Below, piece by piece: positions 9,429-17,995 of a DNA stretch of 44,244 nucleotides (the first letter of the stretch is position 1; each line of letters begins with the position of its first letter). The translations under genes and the position numbers were made by a program. The notes below the pieces were generated by a model. That model saw nothing but the letters and a program-made list of their open reading frames with translations, was not told the DNA's origin and made no database searches. Source of the stretch: a virus (Duplodnaviria > Caudoviricetes); the IMG/VR virus record IMGVR_UViG_3300011412_000002, positions 1 through 44,244 of that record. One strand, given 5' to 3'.

Positions 9429-10361
9429 ATGCCCCGGGTTGTTCACCACCACGCGCCGGTGCCCGGCGAGAGCCAGCCCTGGAGGCCCGTAGGGCGCCGC
9501 CAGGGGCCCCGTGAGCCGAAACAGGGTGGCGGGGGCTCCGGCCTCGTGAACGTCCAGAATCGGCTGTTCGCGCCCCTCCAGTCGCTCGACCCGAACAGCA
9601 TCCTGCAGGGCGGGTACGACTGGCTGAGCAAGACGGACGGGGGCATGACCTACCACCCCGGCCTGGACTTGAACACGCCGGGGGGCTGCGATTCCGACCT
9701 GGGCAAGCTGGTGGTGGCGCCCCTGGCCGGGGCGGTGCGGGCGGCGATCCCCTGGAACGGGTACACGCCGGGAGAGGGGAATCACGTCTGGCTGGAGCTG
9801 TTCGACGTCTGTTTGCCGGGCCCTACCTGGTTTCATATCGACCACCTGCAGGACGTCGACGTCGCCGTGGGCCAATCGGTCACGCCGGGGCAGCCGATCG
9901 GGACGTGCGGAAAATCCGGCGGGTGGTCGTGCGCCCACGGGCACAGCGAGTGGCTGACCGGGCCGCCCCGGGACGGCTTCTCCCAGTGGCCCTACGGGTG
10001 GAGTAAGGCGCAGGTCGAGGCGGCGTACTGGAACCCCTACACCTGGTGGAGCGCGGCGACGGCGCTGGTCTATGCGGAGCACGCCCAGCCCCCGCCGGAG
10101 GAGACGATCATGGCGATGAGCGACTTCGAGCTGACCAACTACGTGCTGGCGCAGCTCTACGAGTGGGCCCAGATCCCGTTCAACGCGGACGGGGGGATGG
10201 CCAAGACCTGGGTCGCCGCCATGCGGGCGGGCCACTACCCCGGCCGGCCCCGGACGGACGACCGGCGGTACGGGGTGGGCGAGGGCGACGGCTGGTGGGC
10301 CGAGTTCGAGAGTGGGTTACTCATTTACAAGCGCGACGGCACGATGAGCTGGACGGGTTGA
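9429..10361 (+). CDS. Endolysin, M23 family peptidase with a C-terminal putative binding domain
   Basis: HxxxD (YHPGLDLN), V.APLAG.V, GNHV, V.VGQ.V..GQPIG.CG.SG and HxH (AHGH); located upstream of small membrane-protein genes. Confidence 0.85.
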   Translation: MPRVVHHHAPVPGESQPWRPVGRRQGPREPKQGGGGSGLVNVQNRLFAPLQSLDPNSILQGGYDWLSKTDGGMTYHPGLDLNTPGGCDSDLGKLVVAPLAGAVRAAIPWNGYTPGEGNHVWLELFDVCLPGPTWFHIDHLQDVDVAVGQSVTPGQPIGTCGKSGGWSCAHGHSEWLTGPPRDGFSQWPYGWSKAQVEAAYWNPYTWWSAATALVYAEHAQPPPEETIMAMSDFELTNYVLAQLYEWAQIPFNADGGMAKTWVAAMRAGHYPGRPRTDDRRYGVGEGDGWWAEFESGLLIYKRDGTMSWTG

Positions 10362-10362
10362 C

Positions 10363-10536
10363 GTGGCCCGCACCCCGAAGACCCACTGCGGCCGCGGGCA
10401 CGAGTTCACCGAGGCCAACACCTACTGGCCCCCGGGGCGGCGGTTCCGGCAGTGCCGGGCGTGCCAGCGGGAGGACAGCCGGGGGCGGTACGAGCGGGAG
10501 CGGCGGGCGCCCGGAAAGATTACGAATCGGTCATGA
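10363..10536 (+). CDS. Stand-alone zinc-binding domain protein (KTHCxxGH...NTY...RQCRAC), not in the ORF track
   Basis: Translates MARTPKTHCGRGHEFTEANTYWPPGRRFRQCRACQRE...; the same domain ends the HNH ORFs at 24738 and 27546. Confidence 0.65.
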   Translation: MARTPKTHCGRGHEFTEANTYWPPGRRFRQCRACQREDSRGRYERERRAPGKITNRS

Positions 10537-10780
10537 CAGCGCCTGACGGTCGCTACAAACTGGCGTATGCGAGGCCCCCGCTTCCGCCCCCCGGAGCGGG
10601 GGATCGCCCCCCCCACCCGGACGGTCGCGCCCGACCACTTCTCGACCGGGGTCTGGGCGCGGGCCGGGCCGCTCCGGCTGCGGACGCACAGTTGCAATGA
10701 CTGCGGCCACCGCAGCACGACCTGGGCCTTATTCCTGCTTCATCGTCTCACCTGTCGAGATCGTGAGACGTGGGAGCGAG

Positions 10781-10987
10781 ATGAATCCGAGGATTCGGTT
10801 GTACGGGGCCTGGGCGCTGCTGGTGGCGAGCTTGATCTTGTGGCCGGTGAGCATGGTCACGTTCGCCAGAAATGAACCCCCGGTGGTGCTGAGCCTGAGC
10901 TGGTTTGCGATCACCCTGACGGCGCTGGACATCGTGGGGACGCAGGATGTCCGCAAGCAGCAAGAGGGGGCAGAGGGGGGAGCATGA
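10781..10987 (+). CDS. Small two-TM membrane protein, holin candidate
   Basis: Two hydrophobic helices, charged C-terminus, GGGAG RBS, in the lysis cassette. Confidence 0.6.
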   Translation: MNPRIRLYGAWALLVASLILWPVSMVTFARNEPPVVLSLSWFAITLTALDIVGTQDVRKQQEGAEGGA

Positions 10988-11139
10988 GCGCCCACAATTT
11001 GTGCCTGATCCTGGCCCTGCTCAGCTTCGTGATCGCCATCGTCTCTCGGGCCGTCTACCTCCGAGAGGGTGGGCCTGCGCGGATCGAGTGGATCGCCATC
11101 GGGCTGGCGCTGCTCACGCTCGCGCAGTTGATCCCGTGA
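10984..11139 (+). CDS. Small two-TM membrane protein (MSAHNLCLILALLSFVIAIV...WIAIGLALLTLAQLIP), not in the ORF track
   Basis: GGGGAG RBS, ATGA overlap, two hydrophobic segments. Confidence 0.65.
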   Translation: MSAHNLCLILALLSFVIAIVSRAVYLREGGPARIEWIAIGLALLTLAQLIP

Positions 11140-12204
11140 GTGTGGAAGCGGGAGGTCGTCCCGACCATCCTGCTCCTGCTGTGGCTGCTGCTTGCCATCT
11201 TCCTGGCGTGGCTCGTCCTGACGGTGGTGCCGGGGACGGCTTATGGGCAGCCCGGCCAGTGCGACCGCACGCCCCCGCCCGCCGCACCGACGCCTGATCC
11301 CAGGCTGTGCGCTACGCTGACGCCCGGGAGCCCGACATGGACAGCGACGCCCAACCCGCCACCCCCGACGAGCGTATCGACGCAACCGACCCCCACCCCG
11401 CTCACCCCGTCACCAACGTCGTCGTCCACGCCGGCGACGCCGTTGTCCCCGACACCACCCCCACCAACGCCGAGTTCCGCCTCTACGACGCCGGGGGGAG
11501 GCACTACGCCACCCTCATCGCCCGCGCCATCAGCGACGGCGCCTACCGCGTCGCCACCGTCCGGTACGTCGGGCGGAAGCTGCTGCCCCTTCGTCCCCTC
11601 GACGTCTCCCACATCCTCCAGCCCGACACCCCCCCCGTCTCCGACGAGACCACCACCTACACCATCACCGTTCCCGTCGACCCCGGCCGCCCCGACCTCT
11701 ACGCCACCGCCGTCGTCCACGCCCACCTCCACTGGCACCCCGACTTCCGCCCCGGCGACCGAGGAAGCGCCCGACACAGCCACCCCCACCCCCACAGCGG
11801 CACCGACGTCCACCGCGCCTCCCTCGCCGGCCACGACGACGACCCCCACGAGCACCCCCACCCCTAACCCCTCGTTAAGCGATGCGCCCACCGCGCCTCC
11901 GGCCACCCCGGCTCCCCCGGTTGTCGTTACGGTGGTGGTCACGGTGGAGGTGGAGGTGGCGGCCACTGTCCTGGTTCCGGGCCCTGCGAGCACGGTGGTG
12001 GTGGTGGTTACGGCAACACCCGCTGCTGGAGGAGGAGGTGTCGTTCCGGGCCCTGCTGGCGGGGCTGCTGGCGATCGTGCTGTTCCAGATGCTGCTGCTG
12101 ATCCTGTCCCGCTCGTAGCTCCGCTGGTGGAGGTGGCGCTGTTGGGCGCCTCCGGCCTCGCCGGGTTGGGGCTCGGGCTGCTGCAAGTGCGGCGTGGCCG
12201 ATGA
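11140..12204 (+). CDS. Pro/Thr/Ser-rich membrane-anchored protein (N-terminal TM or signal, C-terminal TM plus RRGR)
   Basis: Hydrophobic termini with normal codon usage; long low-complexity PTS core that overlaps two nested ORFs. Confidence 0.6.
   Translation: MWKREVVPTILLLLWLLLAIFLAWLVLTVVPGTAYGQPGQCDRTPPPAAPTPDPRLCATLTPGSPTWTATPNPPPPTSVSTQPTPTPLTPSPTSSSTPATPLSPTPPPPTPSSASTTPGGGTTPPSSPAPSATAPTASPPSGTSGGSCCPFVPSTSPTSSSPTPPPSPTRPPPTPSPFPSTPAAPTSTPPPSSTPTSTGTPTSAPATEEAPDTATPTPTAAPTSTAPPSPATTTTPTSTPTPNPSLSDAPTAPPATPAPPVVVTVVVTVEVEVAATVLVPGPASTVVVVVTATPAAGGGGVVPGPAGGAAGDRAVPDAAADPVPLVAPLVEVALLGASGLAGLGLGLLQVRRGR
11337..11867 (+). CDS. Nested overlapping ORF (different frame) with His-rich C-terminus
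   Basis: GGGAG RBS 6 nt before ATG 11337; protein-like sequence (EFRLYDAGGRHYATLIARAISDGAYRVATVRYVG); the stop abuts a motif A copy. Confidence 0.45.
   Translation: MDSDAQPATPDERIDATDPHPAHPVTNVVVHAGDAVVPDTTPTNAEFRLYDAGGRHYATLIARAISDGAYRVATVRYVGRKLLPLRPLDVSHILQPDTPPVSDETTTYTITVPVDPGRPDLYATAVVHAHLHWHPDFRPGDRGSARHSHPHPHSGTDVHRASLAGHDDDPHEHPHP
11882..12118 (+). CDS. Nested overlapping ORF (third frame): Trp/Arg-rich peptide with C-terminal TM helix
   Basis: Over about 12020-12118 this frame uses G/C-ending codons almost exclusively (CTG CTG GAG GAG GAG GTG TCG TTC...), while the long frame uses GCT/GAT/GTT/CCT codons. Confidence 0.5.
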   Translation: MRPPRLRPPRLPRLSLRWWSRWRWRWRPLSWFRALRARWWWWLRQHPLLEEEVSFRALLAGLLAIVLFQMLLLILSRS

Positions 12205-12475
12205 CACCCACGAAATCAACCCGCCCCCCGACGAGCTGCGGACGCGCGCCTTCGTGGTGCGCGAGGCGGCGGCGCTGGTCTTCGTCGCCGCCTGGCTCTT
12301 GCTCTTCGCCGGCGAGCTGCTGACCGGGCGCTACACGCTCCCCTTCTGGTACGACTGCGTCGCCGTGGCCGTGCTGGGGTACGCGCTGGGAATGAATCTA
12401 GGAGAGCTGGTGGCCAAGCCCCCCAGCAAGCGGGCGGTGGCGAAGCGGGCGGTGGCTTCGCTTTACGAGGGGTAG
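12194..12475 (+). CDS. Two-TM membrane protein, holin candidate
   Basis: Two hydrophobic helices and a basic C-terminus; last gene of the lysis cassette. Confidence 0.6.
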   Translation: MADDTHEINPPPDELRTRAFVVREAAALVFVAAWLLLFAGELLTGRYTLPFWYDCVAVAVLGYALGMNLGELVAKPPSKRAVAKRAVASLYEG

Positions 12476-12485
12476 GGGGGGCAAA

Positions 12486-12523
12486 CAGAAGCGCCGCTGA
12501 CCGATTGGTCAGCGGCGCTTCTG
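12486..12523. terminator. Long hairpin between convergent genes, centred on palindrome B
   Basis: cagaagcgccgc-tgaccgattggtca-gcggcgcttctg; T-rich run (tttg) follows on the minus strand. Confidence 0.7.
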
Positions 12524-12581
12524 CCACCTGAGGAACCCCGCCCTGGCGCCCAAACCAGGTCGAGCCGTGACTACGGGGTTG

Positions 12582-12851
12582 CTAGGGCGTAGCGGGTACG
12601 GTGGTGGCGCGTCTCCCCCGCACCGGGGGGTTGGCCTTGTTCAAGGCGTTGCGGGCCCGGATCGCCTCCTCGAAGTAGCCGTTCAGGCTGAGCCCCTCGG
12701 CGTCCGACCACTCCCGGGCGTCCGCGAAGACGTCGGGGTTGATCCGCAACGAGGTGTTCACCTTCAGGGCGTGGCGGATGCGGCCCCAGCGGTCGTCGCC
12801 GGTGGCCTCGATCTTCTCGGCGGCGTCAGCCGCTGCGGTGGTGGTTGCCAT
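12582..12851 (-). CDS. Ribbon-helix-helix (Arc/CopG-like) DNA-binding protein, repressor candidate
   Basis: VNTSLRINPDVFADAREWSDAEGLSLNGYFEEAIR matches the RHH beta-alpha-alpha pattern; GAGGAG RBS; divergent from the recombination operon. Confidence 0.7.
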   Translation of the reverse strand: MATTTAAADAAEKIEATGDDRWGRIRHALKVNTSLRINPDVFADAREWSDAEGLSLNGYFEEAIRARNALNKANPPVRGRRATTVPATP

Positions 12852-12873
12852 TTCGGTATCTCCTCACCCCAGA

Positions 12874-12902
12874 ATCTTAGCGGGTGGTAGCACTGTTGTC
12901 AA
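12874..12902 (-). promoter_or_regulatory. Sigma70-type promoter for the RHH gene
   Basis: Minus strand TTGACA-17 nt-TAAGAT; the spacer contains a GGTAGCAC box. Confidence 0.8.
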
Positions 12903-12997
12903 CTATGCTACTGTTGTTGGTGGAGGTGCGAGACTGCCGACGTGAGAGCGTAAGCGTACCGGAAGACCAGAAGCCGACTTTGAGCAAAGGATGAGCG

Positions 12998-13813
12998 ATG
13001 ACCGACCTGGGCACGATGTGGGACGCCGCTGAGCAGCGCGACGCGCAGCGGCGCAAAGACCGCCCGATGAGCTTCTACGGGAAGCTGTCCGTCGAGGGGC
13101 GTAAAGTCGTCTTCGAGAAGGGCGCCCCGATGGGCAAGCGGGACTTCGACCCGCAGCTCGACGACCCGGACGCCGAGCGTTTGGCGATCCGCCTGACGGT
13201 GGAGCCGGTGAGCGAGCGGGCCACCAAGAACTTCGAGCGGGAGTTCGTCACCTCCACGGGCGAGGGCGACCTGTTCCAGCAGAGCGTGCGCGCGCTGGGG
13301 CTGCGCCCGGCCGAGGTGATGGGCAAGTACGTCCGCCTCGACCTGGTCGAAGACCCCCGGCTGGGGCAGTACAACGACCGCACCACCGGGATGCCCCGCA
13401 CCCGCACGGGGCCGGTGTTGCGCGAGCTGTTCCCCGACGAGGAGACCTGCCGCGAGGCCGCCGACGCCCGCTACGGGGGCAACAAGGCGGGTGGGACACC
13501 GTCAGCTCAACACGCGGGGGATTGGGGTGTGACCGTCTCCACCTCGCCTGGGGTTGCTCCGAACGCACCGGCGAACGGGGGCACCGTCGCCTCCACCAAC
13601 GGAGGCACCGGGTCGAACAAGGCTCCTGGGATGACGCGCGAGGTGGCCGCCCACTTCCTGCCCGGGTTGCTGAAGACGGTGGGCAACGACCGGGAGAAGT
13701 TCCTGGCGGCGCTGTCGACCAACTCGCTGCTGTCCCCGCACTTCGACGCGACGTCGCCCGAAGTCGTCGCGCTGGTGGGCGAGGCCGGCGATGACGCCAA
13801 CGTCCCGTTCTAA
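12998..13813 (+). CDS. Hypothetical replication/recombination protein (possible ssDNA-binding protein)
   Basis: First gene of the recombination operon; beta-rich N-domain, flexible linker, acidic tail ending ...GDDANVPF as in SSBs. Confidence 0.45.
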   Translation: MTDLGTMWDAAEQRDAQRRKDRPMSFYGKLSVEGRKVVFEKGAPMGKRDFDPQLDDPDAERLAIRLTVEPVSERATKNFEREFVTSTGEGDLFQQSVRALGLRPAEVMGKYVRLDLVEDPRLGQYNDRTTGMPRTRTGPVLRELFPDEETCREAADARYGGNKAGGTPSAQHAGDWGVTVSTSPGVAPNAPANGGTVASTNGGTGSNKAPGMTREVAAHFLPGLLKTVGNDREKFLAALSTNSLLSPHFDATSPEVVALVGEAGDDANVPF

Positions 13814-13820
13814 CGACGAG

Positions 13821-14621
13821 ATGCCCCGGCCCAACCGGGCTACCACCATCCTGATCGACAGCCGGGAGCCGGCGTGGGTCAAGGTGCTCGACTTCGGGAA
13901 GGGCGCCACCGTCTCGGTGGCGCCGCTTCTGGCTGGTGATGTGCTGGCCATGTGCGACGACGGGGCGGTGGTGGCGATCGAGCGCAAGACCGCCGGGGAT
14001 TTGCTGGGCAGCCTGCGCGACGGGCGCCTGCTGGCCCAGGCCGGCGAGCTGCGGGCGATGACCCCCTGGGTCTACGTGGTGGTCACCGAGCCCCTGTACT
14101 GCGGGCGGGCCGGATTCGCCGTGTACGAGCCCAAGCGGGGGCGCACGCTGGTGGAGACGGCCTGGGCCTGGCGCGCCGTGCAGGGGGCCCTGCTGGCCGT
14201 CCAGGAGCTGGGCGTGGGGGTGGTGCTGGGCAAGGGCCAGGACGACTTCGAGGCCGACTGCCGCTGGTTGTTCGAGCGGGCCCGGGGCCCGATCGCCGTT
14301 GCACGGCGGGACACGGTGCCGATGGACGACGCCACCCGCATCCTGACGTCCATCCCCGGGGTAGGCGCCGAGCGGGCCAAGCAGTTGCTGCGCGACTGTG
14401 GGACGGTAGCCGACGCGCTGTGGGCTCTCACCGACACGCCCCGGGAACGGGGCAAGAACGTGGTGGGGGTGGGGCCCGGCACCCGGCGGGCGGCCCGCGC
14501 CGCGCTGGGGCTGACCGAGGGCTGGGTGCTGCGCGCTGCTCGGGAAGATGATTTCACTGAGGAAACGGAAGCCGATGAACGAGTACGAGCAGCTCAGGCA
14601 GCTAGCGGAAGCACTCCATAA
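13821..14621 (+). CDS. ERCC4-domain (XPF/Mus81-like) nuclease with HhH motifs; probable junction resolvase
   Basis: IDSRE, GD, ERKxxxDLxxSLxDGRLxxQ, then IPGVGAERA and VGVGPGT HhH motifs. Confidence 0.85.
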   Translation: MPRPNRATTILIDSREPAWVKVLDFGKGATVSVAPLLAGDVLAMCDDGAVVAIERKTAGDLLGSLRDGRLLAQAGELRAMTPWVYVVVTEPLYCGRAGFAVYEPKRGRTLVETAWAWRAVQGALLAVQELGVGVVLGKGQDDFEADCRWLFERARGPIAVARRDTVPMDDATRILTSIPGVGAERAKQLLRDCGTVADALWALTDTPRERGKNVVGVGPGTRRAARAALGLTEGWVLRAAREDDFTEETEADERVRAAQAASGSTP

Positions 14622-15273
14622 ATCGAGACTCTGGAAAACCGGCTCGATCGAGCAGGCCCTCGCCGTCATCCTGATGGGGCGGGAGCTGGGCATCGGGCCC
14701 ACCACCGCCCTGTCGAACATCATCATCAGCGCCGGCAAGCCCACGCTGGGCGCCTCCCTGGTGGGGGCCCTGATCCAGAAGAGCGGGCGCTACAGCTACA
14801 AGGTCACCGAGATGACCGACCAGCAGGTGTCGATCGACTTCTTCGAGGGGCCCCGCCCGCTGGGCACCTCCACCTTCACCCTGCAGGACGCGCAGCGGGC
14901 CCGCCTCTCGGCCTCGCAGACCTGGCAGCAGTATCCCCGCAACCTGCTGCTAGCCCGGGCCCTGACCAACGGGGCGAGGTGGTACACGCCCGGCGTGTTC
15001 GGGGGCGCGGTGTACGACCCCGAGGAGTTCGCCACCCCCGGCGTGCTCCCTCCCCCGGTGGAAGAGATCCCGACCGACGCGACGTTCACCCCTGCCCCCT
15101 CCCCCTCGTTAAGCGAAGCCACCATCGAGGGGCTGCTGGCTGAGTACAGTGCGGAGCAGATCGTGGCGGCGAACAACGGCAGGCTGCCGGCGACGGAGGA
15201 GGAGCTGCGTGCGGTGGCCGGACGGCTCGAACACATCCGGGAACTCGGCGGCGAGCCGGCGCCGGTGGGTTGA
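14575..15273 (+). CDS. RecT/Redbeta-like single-strand annealing protein
   Basis: ILMGRELGIGP..AL..I.I..GKP.L, FT..DA.RA.L, W..YP..LL.ARA pattern. Confidence 0.75.
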   Translation: MNEYEQLRQLAEALHKSRLWKTGSIEQALAVILMGRELGIGPTTALSNIIISAGKPTLGASLVGALIQKSGRYSYKVTEMTDQQVSIDFFEGPRPLGTSTFTLQDAQRARLSASQTWQQYPRNLLLARALTNGARWYTPGVFGGAVYDPEEFATPGVLPPPVEEIPTDATFTPAPSPSLSEATIEGLLAEYSAEQIVAANNGRLPATEEELRAVAGRLEHIRELGGEPAPVG

Positions 15274-15384
15274 CTGGGTGGCCGGCTTCGTCGCCGGGAT
15301 CGCCGTGACGCTGTGGCTGACGCGTGGTTGACGAGCGCCCTCCGGTGACGGGGGCGCTTCGCTTTACGAGGGGTGGAGGGTGGG

Positions 15385-15621
15385 GTGATCGGGGACGGGA
15401 CGCCGGCGTTCCAGCCGGGGTATACGCGGTTCCGGGTGGTGCAGGGAAACGTGCCCAGCTACGTGGTGGTGGCCCCGGACGGGCGGGTGGTGGCCAGCGA
15501 CCGGGAGGCGTGGCTCCGGTTCAACTGGCGGGTGCTGCGCCGCCGGCTGTTGGAGCGGGGGGCGGTGGTGGAGGCGTTGGATGCCCAGGATGAGGACGGC
15601 GGGGAAGACGGTGCTCCCTAA
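15385..15621 (+). CDS. Hypothetical protein
   Basis: GTG start directly after the G-rich strand of motif A (GGAGG). Confidence 0.5.
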   Translation: MIGDGTPAFQPGYTRFRVVQGNVPSYVVVAPDGRVVASDREAWLRFNWRVLRRRLLERGAVVEALDAQDEDGGEDGAP

Positions 15622-15892
15622 GCGCTGGCCGGACGAGGAGCTGTGGAGCATCACCGGGCACGACGGGCAGTTCCCGTTTCATTGCAAGGTGGTGGTGGCC
15701 GGCGGGGTGGTGCGGATGGCGCCGCTCCTGGCGGCGTGGACGCAGGGCCGGGTCTGGGCCGACGTGGCGCAGACCTGCGCCGAGCGGGGCTGGATCGTGG
15801 CGCACGTCGACACCGAACTGCGCCAGCTCAGAGAGCAAGAGCGGGCGCGCGTCGAGCGGGGCGTGACCCAGCTCGGGTTGGAGATACCGTGA
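15590..15892 (+). CDS. Hypothetical protein
   Basis: ORF with phage-like codon usage; GTGA overlap with the nuclease gene. Confidence 0.5.
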   Translation: MRTAGKTVLPKRWPDEELWSITGHDGQFPFHCKVVVAGGVVRMAPLLAAWTQGRVWADVAQTCAERGWIVAHVDTELRQLREQERARVERGVTQLGLEIP

Positions 15893-16728
15893 CCGAACGG
15901 TCAGCACTGAGGTCCTACCCCCCGCAGCACCTGAGTTCGTCGTCGGTGGACTTGCTGACCGACTGCGGCAAGCTGTGGTACGGCAAGTACGCCCGGGGGG
16001 TGCAGGAGAAGCGGGGCGACGGCCTCATGCTGGGGGCGGCGTTTGATGGCGCGGTGGAGTGGGCCCTGCGCCGGCGGTGGGACGGGCACTGGGTGACGGC
16101 CGAGGAGCTGGCGAAGCGCTTCGTGGCCGAGTGGGACGCCGGCCTCGCCCGGCCGGGCGAGATCGACTGGGGCACCCGGGGCCAGGAGGGGGCGCTGCAA
16201 GACGGGCTGACGCTGTGCCAGGCGCCGGCGACGCTGGCGGCGCTGCGGGCGATCGACCTGGCGCCGCACCCCGACAACCCCGACGCGCCGGGGCTGCAGG
16301 TGGAGGTGAAGCTGGCCGTGCCCGGGGTCAGCGTGCCCGTGATCGGGTTTGTGGATGTGCTGGCCAAGACGTCGACGCCGTCCGGGCCCGGGACGCTGAT
16401 CCTGGACGTCAAGACGGCCCGCCGGGCGTGGAACAAGGGCCGGGAGCGCAAGGAGCTGCAGGCCCGCATCTACGCCGCCGCGCTGTGGCAGGCCGGGGCC
16501 CCGTTTCCCACCCTGTCGACGGGGTACTGGGTGTTCATCCCGGGGATGACCCCCGAGGCCTGCCGGGTGCAGCGCCTCGACCCGGCGCTGACCGAACGGG
16601 ACGTGCTGTTGACGATGGATTTGCTCCGGCGAAGCTGGAGACAAATCGAAGCGGGCACGTTCGTGGGCAACCCGCATTCGTGGCGGTGCACGCCGCGCTG
16701 CCCGCTGTGGTCGGAGTGCTACGGCTGA
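15889..16728 (+). CDS. PD-(D/E)XK RecB/Cas4-like exonuclease
   Basis: HLSxSS...C, G.A.D, GFVDV, ILDVKT, LQARIY, and C-terminal CxxxCP...C cluster. Confidence 0.85.
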   Translation: MTERSALRSYPPQHLSSSSVDLLTDCGKLWYGKYARGVQEKRGDGLMLGAAFDGAVEWALRRRWDGHWVTAEELAKRFVAEWDAGLARPGEIDWGTRGQEGALQDGLTLCQAPATLAALRAIDLAPHPDNPDAPGLQVEVKLAVPGVSVPVIGFVDVLAKTSTPSGPGTLILDVKTARRAWNKGRERKELQARIYAAALWQAGAPFPTLSTGYWVFIPGMTPEACRVQRLDPALTERDVLLTMDLLRRSWRQIEAGTFVGNPHSWRCTPRCPLWSECYG

Positions 16729-16793
16729 TCCCACGGTTTAAGCCTGGGGTAAAAGTGAGGTAAGTGGGTTCTCCCTCTCCCCGGAATCCGATC

Positions 16794-16823
16794 TTGTGGT
16801 GGTAGCTATCTATCTGGTATGAT
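16794..16823 (+). promoter_or_regulatory. Sigma70-type promoter with GGTAGCTA box
   Basis: TTGTGG-18 nt-TATGAT with extended TGn; followed by GAGGAGG RBS and ATG 16850. Confidence 0.7.
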
Positions 16824-16849
16824 AGATAGACACTGAGGAGGAACCGACC

Positions 16850-17746
16850 ATGCCTACCGCCCAGATGACTGACGCCGGCAACGGCTCCCTGTGGTTCTCC
16901 AGCAGCTACGACCCGGCACTGCAGGCCGACCTGAAGGCGACCGTGGCCGCCCACCACCGGGCGTGGGATCCGGCGAGCAAGCGCTGGCTGATCGACCCCA
17001 CGGCGGCGGCGCAGGTGGCGGCGCTGTGCGCCTTCCACCTGGGCGTGGACGTCGCCGTGCCCCCGCTGGGCGCGGCGGCGGCGGTGAAGCAGGTGCGCCT
17101 GGTGCGGGTGCTGTACATCGGGCAGGCCAAGTGGCGCTCGGACAACACCTACACCGCCTCGGCCTACGTCGAGGACGAGAAGGGGCAGGGGCGCTGGGGG
17201 CTGGTCATCCCGGTGGGCGTCATGCGGACGTTCTTCGAGGGCGGGCTGGCCGACCTCTTTGCCGACCTCGCCGTCGACGACGAGTGGTCGATCCTGGGCC
17301 TGGATCGGGCCCGCGCCACCAGCTACTCCGAGGCCGACGTCAAGGCGGCGGCGCGCAAGGCGAAGGCGATGGCGCACCCCGACCGCCACGGCGGGACGAA
17401 AGAGGCGCACGAGCACTTCCTGCGGGTGCAGGAGGCCGGCGAGCTGCTCCAGGATCCGTTCGCCCGCCACATCAGCCTGACGGCGGCGGACGAGGCCGAG
17501 AAAGACCGCCAGCTCAAGCTGCGCGACTACGCCGCCGCCGGGCGGATCAGCTACACCTACGCCCCGCCGGCGACGGCGCGCACCGGCTGGATGCTGGTCG
17601 AGGGAGCCCCGCTGCTGGGCGACCGGCAGTTCATGGTCTCCAGGATCGTGCAGTACGAGGCCATCGAGGACGACTACGGCCGGGTGCTGACCGCCGTCAT
17701 CAAGCGGGGCGAGCGCACCCCCACCCCCTACTGGCTGGAGCCGTGA
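16850..17746 (+). CDS. J-domain (DnaJ-like) protein with N-terminal HARP-like domain
   Basis: WSILGL...EADVKAAARK...AHPDRHGG...EHFLRVQEAGELLQDP; N-terminus YDPAL..DLK.....R.WDP.SKRW.I. Confidence 0.75.
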   Translation: MPTAQMTDAGNGSLWFSSSYDPALQADLKATVAAHHRAWDPASKRWLIDPTAAAQVAALCAFHLGVDVAVPPLGAAAAVKQVRLVRVLYIGQAKWRSDNTYTASAYVEDEKGQGRWGLVIPVGVMRTFFEGGLADLFADLAVDDEWSILGLDRARATSYSEADVKAAARKAKAMAHPDRHGGTKEAHEHFLRVQEAGELLQDPFARHISLTAADEAEKDRQLKLRDYAAAGRISYTYAPPATARTGWMLVEGAPLLGDRQFMVSRIVQYEAIEDDYGRVLTAVIKRGERTPTPYWLEP

Positions 17747-17871
17747 TGCGGTTCGAGTTTCGGATCGAACCGAGAGACTGCTGGGTGGGTCTGTTCTGGG
17801 ATCGTCGCCCCGAGCTGCACCTGTACGTGTGCCCCCTCCCGACCGTCCTCTTCCACTGGTGGTGGCCGTAG
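17746..17871 (+). CDS. Small Trp-rich hypothetical protein (MRFEFRIEPRDCWVGLFWD...)
   Basis: TGATG coupling with the upstream gene; GGAG RBS. Confidence 0.55.
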   Translation: MRFEFRIEPRDCWVGLFWDRRPELHLYVCPLPTVLFHWWWP

Positions 17872-17925
17872 CGAGGGCTTCGCTTTACGAGGGGGAGAGA
17901 TCGGTCGGGATTCTCCCCCGGGGGC

Positions 17926-17954
17926 TTGCGCTGGTAGCTACTACCTGATAGAAT
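17926..17954 (+). promoter_or_regulatory. Sigma70-type promoter with GGTAGCTAC box
   Basis: TTGCGC-17 nt-TAGAAT with extended TGn. Confidence 0.75.
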
Positions 17955-17995
17955 AGATGTACGGGGTTCACCGCCCCGGACGAAAGAGGAACGAG

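Noticed and set aside
10533-10875. ORFs 10533-10700 and 10567-10875
   Set aside because: Competing overlapping frames with no clear RBS; I could not decide which, if either, is real (10567 has a possible CxxC...H...C finger).
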